Source: Nitrospira japonica (GTDB lineage Bacteria; Nitrospirota; Thermodesulfovibrionia; Thermodesulfovibrionales; SM23-35). Taken from it: a DNA stretch of 64,000 nt. The position numbers and the translations under genes were made by a program. The DNA lies in assembly GCA_020725385.1 (NCBI GenBank), contig DYFC01000010.1:23789-87788 (forward strand), read 5' to 3'. The first letter of the stretch is position 1. Every line of letters begins with the position of its first letter. Below, piece after piece: positions 29,023 to 39,486 of the stretch. Below the pieces are notes generated by a model. The model was not told the DNA's origin, ran no database searches, and saw only the letters and a program-made list of their open reading frames with translations.

Positions 29023-31677
29023 ATGCAAGTTATTGACCCTGTATGTAAGATGATAATTGAAGATTCTGAAGCAGCGGGTAATACTGTTTATAACGGTAAG
29101 ACTTATTATTTTTGCAATCCTATATGTAAAGAAAAATTTGATAAAAACCCGGAAGATTATCTCAAAGAAGAAGATACAAACCAGAAAAAAATTCAAAGGT
29201 TCACCCCGATTTTAATGATTAAGAGTCCCTCTGAAACCACTCAAAAAGAAGAAATTAATATTAAAAAAGAGAAGGACCCAGTCTGCGGTATGACAGTCGA
29301 TACAGATACAGACCTTAAATATGAATATAAAGGGAATACCTATTATTTTTGTTCTTCATATTGTCTTGATAAATTTAAAAATGAACCTGAAAAATATTTA
29401 GAAACTAAAGAAGAAAAAATATATGACATACCAAAAGATACCTCTTCATGTTCAGGATATACATGTCCGATGCATCCTGAAATTAAAAAAGAAAAAATGG
29501 GTTCATGTCCTGAATGTGGCATGGCATTGGAACCCATTTTAACCCCTTTAGAATATACAAAAACCGAATGGATTTGTCCCATGGATCCTGATGTGATAAG
29601 TGATAAACCCGGTAGTTGCCCCAAATGCGGTATGGCATTAGAGCCAAGAATTGTAACTCTTGAGGAAAAAGAGAACCCCGAACTTGTTGACATGAGTAAA
29701 CGTTTTAAGATTAGTTTAGCATTAACAATTCCTGTTGTCTTTATTGCAATGCACCATATGATACCGGGACTTTCACTTGAACACTTCATTAACACAGATC
29801 TACTAAGGATATTTGAGCTTGTTTTTACTACACCGGTTGTTTTATGGTGCGGCTTACCTTTTTTTATACGCGCATGGAATTCAATCATAAACCGCAGTCC
29901 TAATATGTTTACACTTATCGGTCTTGGAGTTGCAGTAGCTTATATCTACAGTCTGTTTGCTGTTTTATTCCCCTCAATCTTCCCCGAATCTTTTATAGAA
30001 TCAAATAGAAAAATCGGAGTTTATTTTGAAGCTTCAGCAGTAATTATAACTCTTGTTCTTCTTGGCCAGGTGCTTGAACTTAAAGCAAGAGGGAAGACAG
30101 GTGCTGCTATAAGAGCTTTACTCGGGCTTGCTCCAAAAACTGCACGAAGAATTAACAAAGATGGTTCTGAAGAAGATGTACAAATAGATATGGTCAAACC
30201 CGGCGACATTTTACACATCAGACCCGGCGAAAAAATTCCTGTTGATGGAATAGTCATTGAAGGAACAAGTTCAATTGATGAATCAATGATTACAGGTGAA
30301 CCAGTCCCTGTTGAGAAACAACCGGGCGATAAAGTTATTGGAGCAACTATAAATACTACCGGTACACTTCTAATAAAAACCGAAAAAGTAGGCTCTGATA
30401 CTTTGCTGTCACAAATTGTCCATATGGTATCAGAAGCTCAAAGAAGCAGGGCTCCAATTCAAAAACTTGCAGATATAGTAGCAGGGTATTTTGTATATAT
30501 TGTAATTTCAGTTGCTTTTATTACTTTTATAATCTGGTCCCTACGGGGACCGGAGCCCCGTTTCGCTTATGCTATTATCAATTCGGTAGCTGTTTTGATA
30601 ATAGCATGCCCCTGTGCTCTTGGATTAGCAACTCCAATGTCAATAATGGTTGCTATGGGTAAAGGTGCAACAGCAGGGGTACTCTTCAAAAATGCCGAGT
30701 CCATAGAAATAATGAGAAAAGTGAATATATTGGTTACCGATAAAACAGGCACTCTTACAGTAGGGAAACCTGAACTCGTTAAAATAATTCCGCTTCAGGG
30801 ATGGGATGAAAATAAAGTGCTTTATTATTCAGCAAGTCTTGCAAAAGGCAGCGAACATCCATTGTCAAATGCAATAGTCATTGAAGCTGAAAAAAGACAG
30901 ATTCAACTCACAAAATCTGATTCGTTCAAATCTATTACTGGCAAGGGGATAACAGGCCGGATTGAAGGATATTCAGTTGCTCTCGGGAATATGAGTTTAT
31001 TGAACGAAATTGGTATTAATTCGCAAGAATATTTAGAAAAAGCAGAGCAAATGAGATTGGAAGGAATAACAGTTATGTTTCTTGTCTGTGATAACAAAAT
31101 CTCGGGGCTTATCGGAACTTCCGATACTTTAAAGCAAACTTCTAAACCAGCGATTGAGCAACTTCACAGAGAAGGAATCAAAGTTATAATGCTTACAGGA
31201 GATAGCCGTACTACTGCTGAAGCAGTTGCAAAGAAACTTAATATAGATGAAGTTATTGCAGAAGTTTTACCCGAACAAAAAGTTATGGAAATAAAAAAAT
31301 TGCAGGATAGAGGTTTTATAGTAGCAATGGCCGGTGACGGCATAAATGACGCTCCGGCCCTCGCTCAAGCACATGTTGGAATTGCAATGGGAACAGGAAC
31401 AGATGTGGCTATGGAAAGTTCTCACATAACCCTCGTAAAAGGTGATTTGGGTGGTATATTAAGAGCGAGACTCCTGAGCAAAGCAACCATGAAAAATATT
31501 AAACAAAACCTTTTCTGGGCATTTATTTACAATACAATAGGGGTTCCGGTTGCAGCGGGTATTCTTTATCCATTTTTTGGAATTCTCCTTAGTCCGATGA
31601 TTGCTGCTGCTGCAATGAGCTTTAGTTCTGTTTCGGTTATAGGAAACGCATTACGTCTGAGAAGTATTAAATTATAA
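29023..31677 (+). CDS. copA: copper-translocating P1B-type ATPase with 2x YHS and 2x CPxxP...CPxCGMALEP N-terminal modules
   Basis: 884 aa. Transmembrane CPC motif ([12 protein letters not shown]), [15 protein letters not shown] and TGEP. The N-terminus lacks a GMTCxxC HMA domain and instead carries YHS/TRASH and HMBD-type Cys modules. Confidence 0.9.
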   Translation: MQVIDPVCKMIIEDSEAAGNTVYNGKTYYFCNPICKEKFDKNPEDYLKEEDTNQKKIQRFTPILMIKSPSETTQKEEINIKKEKDPVCGMTVDTDTDLKYEYKGNTYYFCSSYCLDKFKNEPEKYLETKEEKIYDIPKDTSSCSGYTCPMHPEIKKEKMGSCPECGMALEPILTPLEYTKTEWICPMDPDVISDKPGSCPKCGMALEPRIVTLEEKENPELVDMSKRFKISLALTIPVVFIAMHHMIPGLSLEHFINTDLLRIFELVFTTPVVLWCGLPFFIRAWNSIINRSPNMFTLIGLGVAVAYIYSLFAVLFPSIFPESFIESNRKIGVYFEASAVIITLVLLGQVLELKARGKTGAAIRALLGLAPKTARRINKDGSEEDVQIDMVKPGDILHIRPGEKIPVDGIVIEGTSSIDESMITGEPVPVEKQPGDKVIGATINTTGTLLIKTEKVGSDTLLSQIVHMVSEAQRSRAPIQKLADIVAGYFVYIVISVAFITFIIWSLRGPEPRFAYAIINSVAVLIIACPCALGLATPMSIMVAMGKGATAGVLFKNAESIEIMRKVNILVTDKTGTLTVGKPELVKIIPLQGWDENKVLYYSASLAKGSEHPLSNAIVIEAEKRQIQLTKSDSFKSITGKGITGRIEGYSVALGNMSLLNEIGINSQEYLEKAEQMRLEGITVMFLVCDNKISGLIGTSDTLKQTSKPAIEQLHREGIKVIMLTGDSRTTAEAVAKKLNIDEVIAEVLPEQKVMEIKKLQDRGFIVAMAGDGINDAPALAQAHVGIAMGTGTDVAMESSHITLVKGDLGGILRARLLSKATMKNIKQNLFWAFIYNTIGVPVAAGILYPFFGILLSPMIAAAAMSFSSVSVIGNALRLRSIKL

Positions 31678-31690
31678 ATAAAATAAAAAA

Positions 31691-32146
31691 CTATTTGTGT
31701 TCAAAAAGAGTTTTTACTTCATTCATTAGTTCATTAATATCTTTAAAAGAACGGTAAACAGAGGCGAATCTTACATATGCTACCTTGTCAAGTTCTTTAA
31801 GAGATGACATTACTTCCTCTCCTATCCATGAACTTTGAATTTCTTTTACACCAAGTCCGATAAGTTTTTTTTCAATTGAATCGGTGATATTCTCAAGAGT
31901 TTCCATTCCTATAGGTCTTTTTTCGCAAGCTTTTTTAAGACCTGTTAAAACTTTATCCCTATCAAATGGTTCCCTGCGTCCATCTTTTTTAATAACCATA
32001 GGAATAATATCTTCAACGCGTTCGTATGAAGTGAATCGTTTGCCACATTTAAGACATTCCCTTCTGCGTCTTATAGCACTACCTTCCCTGCTTGTACGGG
32101 AATCAATTACTTTATCCTCAATATTACCGCAGAATGGACATTTCAT
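31691..32146 (-). CDS. nrdR: transcriptional repressor NrdR
   Basis: 151 aa with an MKCPFCG...[12 protein letters not shown] zinc ribbon and an ATP-cone. Confidence 0.95.
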   Translation of the reverse strand: MKCPFCGNIEDKVIDSRTSREGSAIRRRRECLKCGKRFTSYERVEDIIPMVIKKDGRREPFDRDKVLTGLKKACEKRPIGMETLENITDSIEKKLIGLGVKEIQSSWIGEEVMSSLKELDKVAYVRFASVYRSFKDINELMNEVKTLFEHK

Positions 32147-32187
32147 AAAATTATTAAATTTAAATTCAGACTTCTATATTTTGAATT

Positions 32188-33426
32188 CTAGTATATAGGA
32201 AATCTTTCGCAGAGTGATTCAACTCTGAGTCTGAGAGAATTTATTGCAGATTCATTTTTACTGTTATGAATTACAGATGTAATAATATCAGCAATCTCTG
32301 CCATTTCAGGCTCACCCATTCCTCTGGTTGTAACGCAAGGTGTTCCAAGCCTTATTCCGCTTGTTATAGTAGCTGACCTTTGATCATACGGAATTACATT
32401 CTTATTTACAGTAATTCTTGCAATGCTTAAAGCCTCTTCAGCTTCTTTACCTGTGATATTTTTATTATTCAGGTCTATGAGCATAAGATGATTATCGGTT
32501 CCACCTGAAATAATGTTAAACCCATTTTTTAAAAGTTCATCAGCAAGTTTTCTTGCATTTCTGACAACCATTGATTGATAATCCTTAAATTCAGGCGCCA
32601 TTGCTTCTTTAAGAGCAACTGCCTTTGCAGCAATTACATGAACAAGCGGGCCGCCCTGTATTCCAGGAAAAATTGTTTTATCTATTACTTTTGCATATTC
32701 ACCTTTACATAAAATCAACCCTCCCCTCGGTCCTCTGAGAGTTTTATGAGTTGTTGTTGTAACAAAATCAGCATAGGGGACAGGAGATGGATGCAAACCT
32801 GCTGCAACAAGTCCTGCAATATGTGCTATATCAGCCATCAAATAAGCTCCAGCCTCTTTGGCTATATTTGAGAAAATTTCAAAATCAATTATTCTTGAAT
32901 ATGCACTTGCACCAACAAGTAGTATCTTTGGTTTATTTTCAATTGCCAGACGTCTAACTTCTTCATAATCAATCATCCCGGTTTCTTTGTTGACACCATA
33001 AAAAACTGTTTTATAAAAAATACCGGAAAAGTTTACCGACGCTCCGTGTGACAGATGTCCTCCGTGGCTAAGGCTCATGCTCAGTATTGTATCCCCTGGT
33101 TTTAATACAGAGAAAAACACAGCCATGTTAGCCTGAGACCCTGAATGAGGCTGAACATTGACATGTTCTGCATTAAAAAGCTGTTTTGCTCTTTCTTTTG
33201 CAAGGTTTTCTACTACATCAGCATATTCACAGCCACCATAATATCTTTTACCGGGATAGCCTTCAGCGTACTTATTCGTAAAAACCGAGCCCTGTATTTC
33301 CATAACAGCTTTGCTTGCATAATTCTCAGAAGCAATAAGCACAATGTTCTTTCTTTCCCTTTCGATTTCGTTTTGGACAGCTTCATAAACATCAGGGTCT
33401 GTTAATCTCAAGTTTTCAAATATCAT
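32188..33426 (-). CDS. glyA: serine hydroxymethyltransferase
   Basis: 412 aa with the PLP-lysine region [14 protein letters not shown]. Confidence 0.95.
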   Translation of the reverse strand: MIFENLRLTDPDVYEAVQNEIERERKNIVLIASENYASKAVMEIQGSVFTNKYAEGYPGKRYYGGCEYADVVENLAKERAKQLFNAEHVNVQPHSGSQANMAVFFSVLKPGDTILSMSLSHGGHLSHGASVNFSGIFYKTVFYGVNKETGMIDYEEVRRLAIENKPKILLVGASAYSRIIDFEIFSNIAKEAGAYLMADIAHIAGLVAAGLHPSPVPYADFVTTTTHKTLRGPRGGLILCKGEYAKVIDKTIFPGIQGGPLVHVIAAKAVALKEAMAPEFKDYQSMVVRNARKLADELLKNGFNIISGGTDNHLMLIDLNNKNITGKEAEEALSIARITVNKNVIPYDQRSATITSGIRLGTPCVTTRGMGEPEMAEIADIITSVIHNSKNESAINSLRLRVESLCERFPIY

Positions 33427-33874
33427 TTTTTACTAATCTTTCCTCTATTTTTTGAATTTTTTCAAGACGCCTGCAGTGTCTATCTCCTTCAAAAGGAGTG
33501 CTCACCCAGGTTTTAACTATTTCTCTTGCAAGATCTTTTCCTATTATTCTGCCACCCATCACAAGAATATTTGCGTCATTATGTAATCTGCTCATTTTTG
33601 CAGTAAAAAGATCATTACATAACGATGCTCTAACACCCGGAAATTTATTTGCTACAATAGACATACCAATACCTGTACCGCATATCAGTATGCCTTTCTC
33701 AATTTTACCAGAGGATATTGCATCCGAAACTTTTTCACCAAAATCAGGATAATCAACTGAAGTACTGGTATCAGTTCCAAAGTCAATATAATTTATCCGG
33801 AGTTCATTCAATAGTGAGAGAATCTCTCTTTTGAGTTCTATCCCAGCATGATCACAGCCAATAGCAATAGTCAT
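33416..33874 (-). CDS. rpiB: ribose-5-phosphate isomerase B
   Basis: 152 aa with IAIGCDHAG and [12 protein letters not shown]. Confidence 0.9.
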   Translation of the reverse strand: MTIAIGCDHAGIELKREILSLLNELRINYIDFGTDTSTSVDYPDFGEKVSDAISSGKIEKGILICGTGIGMSIVANKFPGVRASLCNDLFTAKMSRLHNDANILVMGGRIIGKDLAREIVKTWVSTPFEGDRHCRRLEKIQKIEERLVKNDI

Positions 33875-33949
33875 TTTTTTACCCGAAAATTAGAATATCT
33901 TAATATTATCTGACAGATTCTTGTTAAGTCAAGAATACATGTTTTACAA

Positions 33950-34081
33950 CAGCAATTCACAGCAAATTTTGAAAGCTTCAAGATTTCTCGATTTGCTCGA
34001 AATGACAATAAAGAAGGTTCGCCTTGTCATTCCGAAGAAGTATAAGCAACTGAGGAATCTTGCATCCTTTTCACCAAGAAT
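33950..34081. repeat. MITE-like intergenic repeat, copy R4
   Basis: CAGCAATTCACAGCAAATTTTGAAAGCTTCAAGATTTCTCGATTTGCTCGAAATGACAA...GTCATTCCGAAGAAGTATAAGCAACTGAGGAATCT... It is collinear with R2. The 11-bp sequence CAAGAATACAT occurs at both 33930-33940 and 34075-34085. Confidence 0.8.
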
Positions 34082-34088
34082 ACATATC

Positions 34089-35645
34089 TTACACTTTCTT
34101 TTTTATATCTATGCGGGGGAAAAGAGCAGGACCTTTTGAGATTTTTTGTCCTGGTCTGAGTATTCCCCAGTTTGCGTGCTTATTTAAATCCAGTTTTGAA
34201 ATATCACCTTCTAAAGAAAGTTGATTATATATTTTTTGGGCTGTATCAGGCATAAAAGGGAAAAGTGCTATAGCTATTAAACGAATTGATTCAACAAATG
34301 TATAAAGTATATTAGAAAGTGTATCCTGATCTTCTTCCTTCCATGGCGCAGCATTCTGGATATATTCATTTACATCATTTATAACCGACCATATTAAAGC
34401 AAGAATATTGTGAAATTCAAGATATTTAAAATGGTTATCAATCTTTGAAAATAGATTTTCTTCTGAACCTTGAAACCGCGCCTTCACTTTCTTTTCAAGT
34501 TCTTCCCTGTCCTGTTCCTCTACTGGAGAAGGAATTATTCCATCTCTATATTTCTCGACCATTGTCAAAGAACGGCTTAGAAGATTTCCAAGGTCATTGG
34601 CAAGATCTGTGTTAAATCTCTGGGTTATAGCATGTTCGGAAAAATCACCATCGAGTCCGAAAGTAACCTCCCTGAAAAGAAAATATCTGAAGGCGTCAGA
34701 GCCGAATCTTTCTGCTATATCATGCGGGTCAACAACATTACCAAGAGACTTGGACATCTTTTTCCCTTCGATAGTCCACCAGCCGTGCGCAAAAATATTA
34801 CCGGGTAATGGAAGGTCAAGTGCCATTAGCATTGCAGACCAGTATATTGCATGGGTTGTTAGTATATCTTTCCCAATCAGGTGATGATCGGCTGGCCACC
34901 ATATGTCTGAATCCGGAGCAAGATATTTTGTTGCTGAATAATAATTTGTTAGTGCATCAAACCATACATAAGTTACAAAATTGTCATCAAATGGTAATGG
35001 CACTCCCCATGCAAGTCTTTGTTTTGGTCTTGATATGCAAAGGTCACCCAAAACATTATTTTTCAGAAAACCAAGAACTTCATTGCGTCTTGTCTCCGGC
35101 AGTATATAATATGGATTATCTTCTATATATTTAATTAACCTTTCCTGATATTTTGACATTAAAAAGAAATAATTTTCTTCCGTAATCTTTTCAACTGGTC
35201 TTTTACAGTCAGGGCATTTACCTTCTTCTACTTCTTTTTCTGTCCAGAAGCGTTCGTCGGGGACACAGTACCAGCCTGAATATAGTCTTTTTTCAATTTC
35301 ACCTTTATTGTATAATTCCTGAAGCACCTGTTTTACAACCTCTTTATGTTCTATGTCAGTAGTACGTATAAAAGCATCATATTTTATATTAAGCTTTACC
35401 CAGAGTTTCTTGAAATTTTCAACCATTAAATCAGCATGTTCTTTTGGAGAGAGACCTTTATCTTTAGCTGCTTTTTCTACCTTTTGGCCATGCTCATCAG
35501 TACCTGTAAGGAAAAAGACTTTTCTGCCTCTTAATCTGTTATATCTTGCAAGTATATCAGCAGCGACTGTTGTATATACATGTCCTATATGCGGAACATC
35601 ATTTACATAATATATTGGAGTTGTTACATAAAATTTATTTTCCAT
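34089..35645 (-). CDS. metG: methionyl-tRNA synthetase, short form (no C-terminal tRNA-binding domain)
   Basis: HIGH (PHIGHVY) and KMSKS motifs, and a CPDC zinc knuckle. The likely start is MENKFYVTTP at 35645, although the ORF track extends to 35726. Confidence 0.9.
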   Translation of the reverse strand: MENKFYVTTPIYYVNDVPHIGHVYTTVAADILARYNRLRGRKVFFLTGTDEHGQKVEKAAKDKGLSPKEHADLMVENFKKLWVKLNIKYDAFIRTTDIEHKEVVKQVLQELYNKGEIEKRLYSGWYCVPDERFWTEKEVEEGKCPDCKRPVEKITEENYFFLMSKYQERLIKYIEDNPYYILPETRRNEVLGFLKNNVLGDLCISRPKQRLAWGVPLPFDDNFVTYVWFDALTNYYSATKYLAPDSDIWWPADHHLIGKDILTTHAIYWSAMLMALDLPLPGNIFAHGWWTIEGKKMSKSLGNVVDPHDIAERFGSDAFRYFLFREVTFGLDGDFSEHAITQRFNTDLANDLGNLLSRSLTMVEKYRDGIIPSPVEEQDREELEKKVKARFQGSEENLFSKIDNHFKYLEFHNILALIWSVINDVNEYIQNAAPWKEEDQDTLSNILYTFVESIRLIAIALFPFMPDTAQKIYNQLSLEGDISKLDLNKHANWGILRPGQKISKGPALFPRIDIKKKV

Positions 35646-36543
35646 CTTGTTGGTTATCCTTTTTTCTGTGAAATCTTCTTTTTTTCCTCTTTGGATGCCA
35701 TCTTCTATATTGTTCTCTTTGCTCATCAGGTTTTTGCTCCGAGTCAGTTTTAAGTTCCTGTTTATTATTCACTAAAGTTTCTTCATTTATCTCAGGCTCA
35801 TAAATTTGCTCACTCGAAACTACGACAACTTCTTCATTATCATTTTCTTCAATCAATGTGATTTCTTCCTCGATATTTTCTGTTTTTAAAGAAACATCCT
35901 CTGTGTAAGTTTCTGAATATTCGTATCCAAGACAGCACATCAATCTTCCGCACACACCTGATAGTTTTCCTGTATTAAGTACAAGTTCCTGTTTTTTTGC
36001 CATTTTAATTGAAATAGGTTCAAAGTTTATTAAAAATTTTTTACAACATAATTCTCTCCCGCATATCCCGAGACTTCCGATAATCCTTGCTCCGTCCCTA
36101 ACTCCTATCTGCCTCATTTCTATTCTTGTTTTAAATCTCGAAGCAAGGTCCTTAACAAGTTCTCTAAAGTCTATTCTTTTTTCAGCAGTGAAATAGAAGA
36201 TTATTCTTTTCCTGTCAAGCGTTGATTCTGTAGCAATGAGTTTCATTGGAAGTCCTCTTGCCATTATTCTTTCAAGACAGAATAATTTTGCTTCTGCTTC
36301 GAGACCTTTGTTTTCTTCCTGCTGGGCAATGTCTTCTTCTGTTACTTTTCTAATTATTTTTTTAAGATTGTGTTCTGAGTCTTCAATTGTGCGTCTTTCT
36401 GTAACAACACTGCCTATATTAAGACCGAGTTCAGATTCCACAACTACAAGATCGCCCCTGTTTATCTCAACTCCGTTTACCTCAAAATCGTATATTTTCC
36501 CGCATGGTTTAAATCTAACACCAATAACATCAGGCATTATCAA
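35635..36543 (-). CDS. PSP1-domain protein (RicT/YaaT-like)
   Basis: 302 aa. PSP1 C-terminal domain with a Cys cluster (GICGRELCC...GVCGRLMCCL). It shows the conserved synteny after holB. Confidence 0.75.
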   Translation of the reverse strand: MIMPDVIGVRFKPCGKIYDFEVNGVEINRGDLVVVESELGLNIGSVVTERRTIEDSEHNLKKIIRKVTEEDIAQQEENKGLEAEAKLFCLERIMARGLPMKLIATESTLDRKRIIFYFTAEKRIDFRELVKDLASRFKTRIEMRQIGVRDGARIIGSLGICGRELCCKKFLINFEPISIKMAKKQELVLNTGKLSGVCGRLMCCLGYEYSETYTEDVSLKTENIEEEITLIEENDNEEVVVVSSEQIYEPEINEETLVNNKQELKTDSEQKPDEQREQYRRWHPKRKKRRFHRKKDNQQDGK

Positions 36544-37582
36544 AATCCATCCTTGTTCTTAAAAGTAAACCTGTATAGTTCCATGTAAGAGATTTATTAA
36601 GATTATAACGCAAATATCCTTTTAATCTACTCATTTGCTGATAGATTTCTATTATAACCTTTAAGTTCATAGTTCTGCTTAATTTTTCTATATAGTCCTT
36701 CAAATCAATATTAATCATCCAATTTCCATCTTTCTTAACCTTTAAAAGAGCCATATCTCTAAGTAATACTAAGAATATTTCAAACCATCTTTCCATCTCC
36801 TCACGGGAACTCCATCCATCTTTTTCAGCATTTAACATATCTTCTAATAAATCAATAAACCATTTGCGTTCTTCGACAAGATTAACCGTTACTGCATATC
36901 CTGGTTTTCCCATAGCAAGCCTTGAAATTATTTCTAACATATCAATTTCAGATAATTTATTATCTGCATTTTTCACTTTAGATGTTTTTGAAGATATTTT
37001 ACTAACATTATATTTATTTCCCATAACCTTTTTAATCACTTTTAAACATTCATTAGATGATAATGGAGCAAAGTTAACCCTGCAACATCTTGATCTTATA
37101 GTATCCGGTAATAATTCAGGCATGGATGACACAAGTATTATAAGACTGTTTTCTGGAGGCTCTTCGAGTGTTTTTAAAAAGGCATTTGCTGCTGATTGAT
37201 TCATATCCTCCGCATTATCGATTATTACAATTTTATATTGACCTTCGTAAGCTTTTAGTGATAATGCTTCTTCAATAGACCTGATTTCCTCAATTTTTAT
37301 TTGATTTCCTTCTGATTCAATCATAAGGAAATCCGGATGTATTCCTTTTTCTATTTTCTGACATGAAGAACATTCATCGCAAGCATCATAAAAAAGACTA
37401 TTGTTATTACTTCTTTTTTCAGAAATACAATTAAGAGCCTTAGCAAGATTTAAGGCAGTAAATTTTTTGCCTATACCTGACTCACCTGAAAAAAGATATG
37501 TTGATGGAATTTTACCCTTTTCTATAGTTCTTAATAGTATGTTTATAGCCTTGTCTTGTCCGATTACATCTTTTAATGCCAT
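36530..37582 (-). CDS. holB: DNA polymerase III delta-prime subunit
   Basis: 350 aa. AAA+ fold with a GESGIGK P-loop variant and a Cys-rich zinc module (CDECSSC). Shows tmk-holB synteny. Confidence 0.8.
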   Translation of the reverse strand: MALKDVIGQDKAINILLRTIEKGKIPSTYLFSGESGIGKKFTALNLAKALNCISEKRSNNNSLFYDACDECSSCQKIEKGIHPDFLMIESEGNQIKIEEIRSIEEALSLKAYEGQYKIVIIDNAEDMNQSAANAFLKTLEEPPENSLIILVSSMPELLPDTIRSRCCRVNFAPLSSNECLKVIKKVMGNKYNVSKISSKTSKVKNADNKLSEIDMLEIISRLAMGKPGYAVTVNLVEERKWFIDLLEDMLNAEKDGWSSREEMERWFEIFLVLLRDMALLKVKKDGNWMINIDLKDYIEKLSRTMNLKVIIEIYQQMSRLKGYLRYNLNKSLTWNYTGLLLRTRMDFDNA

Positions 37583-37600
37583 ATTCTCTCCAGACTATAT

Positions 37601-38233
37601 TTATAAACCATGCTGACTAATATAATTCGTAATTATAGAAATAACTTTTTCATAAACTCTATTATGTTCCAAGGATGCATCAACAATCTTTATTCTATCA
37701 GGTTCTTTTTCAGCAAGCGCAAGATACCCTGCTCGAACCTTTTTATGAAACTCTATATCTTCAAGCTCAAGTCTGTCAATCTTATTTATACCTTTATTTC
37801 TCATTAGCCCTATCTCTACATCAAGGTCAAGGAGAAACGTAATGTTAGGTCTTAAGTTATTTGTTGCAATTGAATCAATACTGTCAAGCAAATTTAGACT
37901 TATACCTCTTCCATAGCCCTGATAAGCATAGGTTGAATCAGTGAACCGGTCTGTAATAACAAAAGCACCACGATTCAATGCTGGCATAATTAGTTCATGA
38001 ATATGCTGAGCCCTTGCAGCATTGTATAGAAGAAGTTCTGTCACATGAGTCATATTTTTATTATCCAAGGAAAGAAGAATTTCACGTATTTTCAGGCTTA
38101 TAGGAGTCCCTCCAGGCTCTGCTGTAAGTACAGTTTCATATCCTTTTTCAGATAAATATTTTGAGAGTAAAGAAGCCTGGGTTGATTTCCCTGAGCCTTC
38201 AATTCCCTCAAAAGATATAAATATTCCTTTCAA
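37601..38233 (-). CDS. tmk: thymidylate kinase
   Basis: 210 aa. P-loop FEGIEGSGKST and the DRF motif (ITDRFTDS). Confidence 0.95.
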   Translation of the reverse strand: MKGIFISFEGIEGSGKSTQASLLSKYLSEKGYETVLTAEPGGTPISLKIREILLSLDNKNMTHVTELLLYNAARAQHIHELIMPALNRGAFVITDRFTDSTYAYQGYGRGISLNLLDSIDSIATNNLRPNITFLLDLDVEIGLMRNKGINKIDRLELEDIEFHKKVRAGYLALAEKEPDRIKIVDASLEHNRVYEKVISIITNYISQHGL

Positions 38234-38265
38234 TTATTGTCCTTTCTTCAATATTTTTTAAAAAC

Positions 38266-38404
38266 CAGCAGCAATTCACGGTGAAAGAAGGCAAGATTCT
38301 TCAGTCGCTTATACTCCTTTGGAATGACAAGGGGAACCCCTTCAATGTCATTCCGGGCAAAGAGAGGAATCTCAAAGCTTTACAAAATCACCATGAATTG
38401 CTCG
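38266..38404. repeat. MITE-like intergenic repeat, copy R5 (inverted relative to R2/R4)
   Basis: CAGCAGCAATTCACGGTGAAAGAAGGCAAGATTCTTCAGTCGCTTATACTCCTTTGGAATGACAA...GTCATTCCGGGCAAAGAGAGGAATCTCAAAGCTTTACAAAATCACCATGAATTGCTCG. The termini are GCAATTCACGGTG and CACCATGAATTGC. Confidence 0.8.
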
Positions 38405-38603
38405 AAAATCATTTAACTACCGAATAATTCACATTTATTATGTTAACCTAAAAATTCAAACATTTCTCAAAATTTATTTGACCCGATGATTATATTTTAG
38501 CTTAAAGATTATAAATCTATGGCTTTGCAGAGGCTAACTTTAATTTTTTCATAAAAACACAGTTGCACAAATAATCTTTAAAATGTTATTTTATTTACTC
38601 TAT

Positions 38604-38678
38604 AGGCGCGTAGCTCAGTGGGAGAGCGCTTCCTTGACGCGGAAGAGGCCAAGGGTTCAATCCCCTTCGCGCCTACCA
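38604..38678 (+). tRNA. tRNA-Val (anticodon GAC), CCA encoded
   Basis: AGGCGCGTAGCTCAGTGGGAGAGCGCTTCCTTGACGCGGAAGAGGCCAAGGGTTCAATCCCCTTCGCGCCTACCA. The cloverleaf folds by hand, with anticodon loop TTGACGC. Confidence 0.9.
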
Positions 38679-38689
38679 TTTAATAGATA

Positions 38690-39367
38690 TCAATGTACTT
38701 TATTTAAGAATTTCTCAATTATATCAGCATCTTCATTACTTATATCCGTAAATTTTATTCCATAGTAATTCATTTCCTCATTTTCTTTTTTCTCAAGAGT
38801 CCTTACAATTTCGGCTTCTACTGATATCTTTCTCGATTCAGGGATGCTTAAATTACACAAAATTAAGTCTCCTTCTGAAAGCAAAGCTTTCGTATTTATT
38901 AACATACCCGATGTGCTTATATTCTCTGTATATGCTATAATACTTTTTCTTCTAAAATTACCTTCAATTTTTAATTTAACAGGTATTCTGCATGATTTTC
39001 TTTGTGCAATATTAAGAAGCTGGTGCATCTCTTGAAGCAAAATTGCACTATTTATAGGGTATGTTAAGAATGTATTTGCCTGACATTTTAAGCAACGCTG
39101 GCGGTGTAATTTTGTGTTTGAGCATAAAATAATAATAGATACTTTATTTAGCTCTTTATCATTTCGTATGAGGGAGCAAAGTGTTTCTCCGCTCATACTT
39201 TTGGAGTCAAGATACGTGACTATGAGATCTGCTTTTTCAGTTTTATGTATTAAGAGAACATGCTTATTTGATAAAGATATATATTTTTTTATATCTTCTC
39301 TATCAAGGAAACTCTGTTCTTTTTCGAGTTCCTTATTTATTTTTTTATCAATAATAATTTTTTTCAT
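38690..39367 (-). CDS. receiver-like domain + PilZ (c-di-GMP-binding) protein
   Basis: PilZ motifs RKSCR (RxxxR) and NISTSG (D/NxSxxG). The N-terminal half has a CheY-like pattern. The likely start is MKKIIID at 39367, although the ORF track extends to 39433. Confidence 0.7.
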   Translation of the reverse strand: MKKIIIDKKINKELEKEQSFLDREDIKKYISLSNKHVLLIHKTEKADLIVTYLDSKSMSGETLCSLIRNDKELNKVSIIILCSNTKLHRQRCLKCQANTFLTYPINSAILLQEMHQLLNIAQRKSCRIPVKLKIEGNFRRKSIIAYTENISTSGMLINTKALLSEGDLILCNLSIPESRKISVEAEIVRTLEKKENEEMNYYGIKFTDISNEDADIIEKFLNKVH

Positions 39368-39486
39368 CTGGCTTTTATACCAGTATATATTATCAGTCCT
39401 TAAGAGTAAAGTACCAAAGAGAGCAAAAAGCATAGATTAGTTTTCTACTTGGGAAGTAACTATTAAAGTATTTGAAAGGAAATTAT

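Noticed and set aside
33921-34139. 72-aa ORF (plus strand), and similar short ORFs over other repeat copies: 28216-28419 on the minus strand and 38583-38765 on the plus strand.
   Set aside because: They are read-throughs of the MITE-like repeat or of tRNA-Val. 28216-28419 also runs antisense to the well-supported YHS mini-gene. They have no RBS and no protein-like features.
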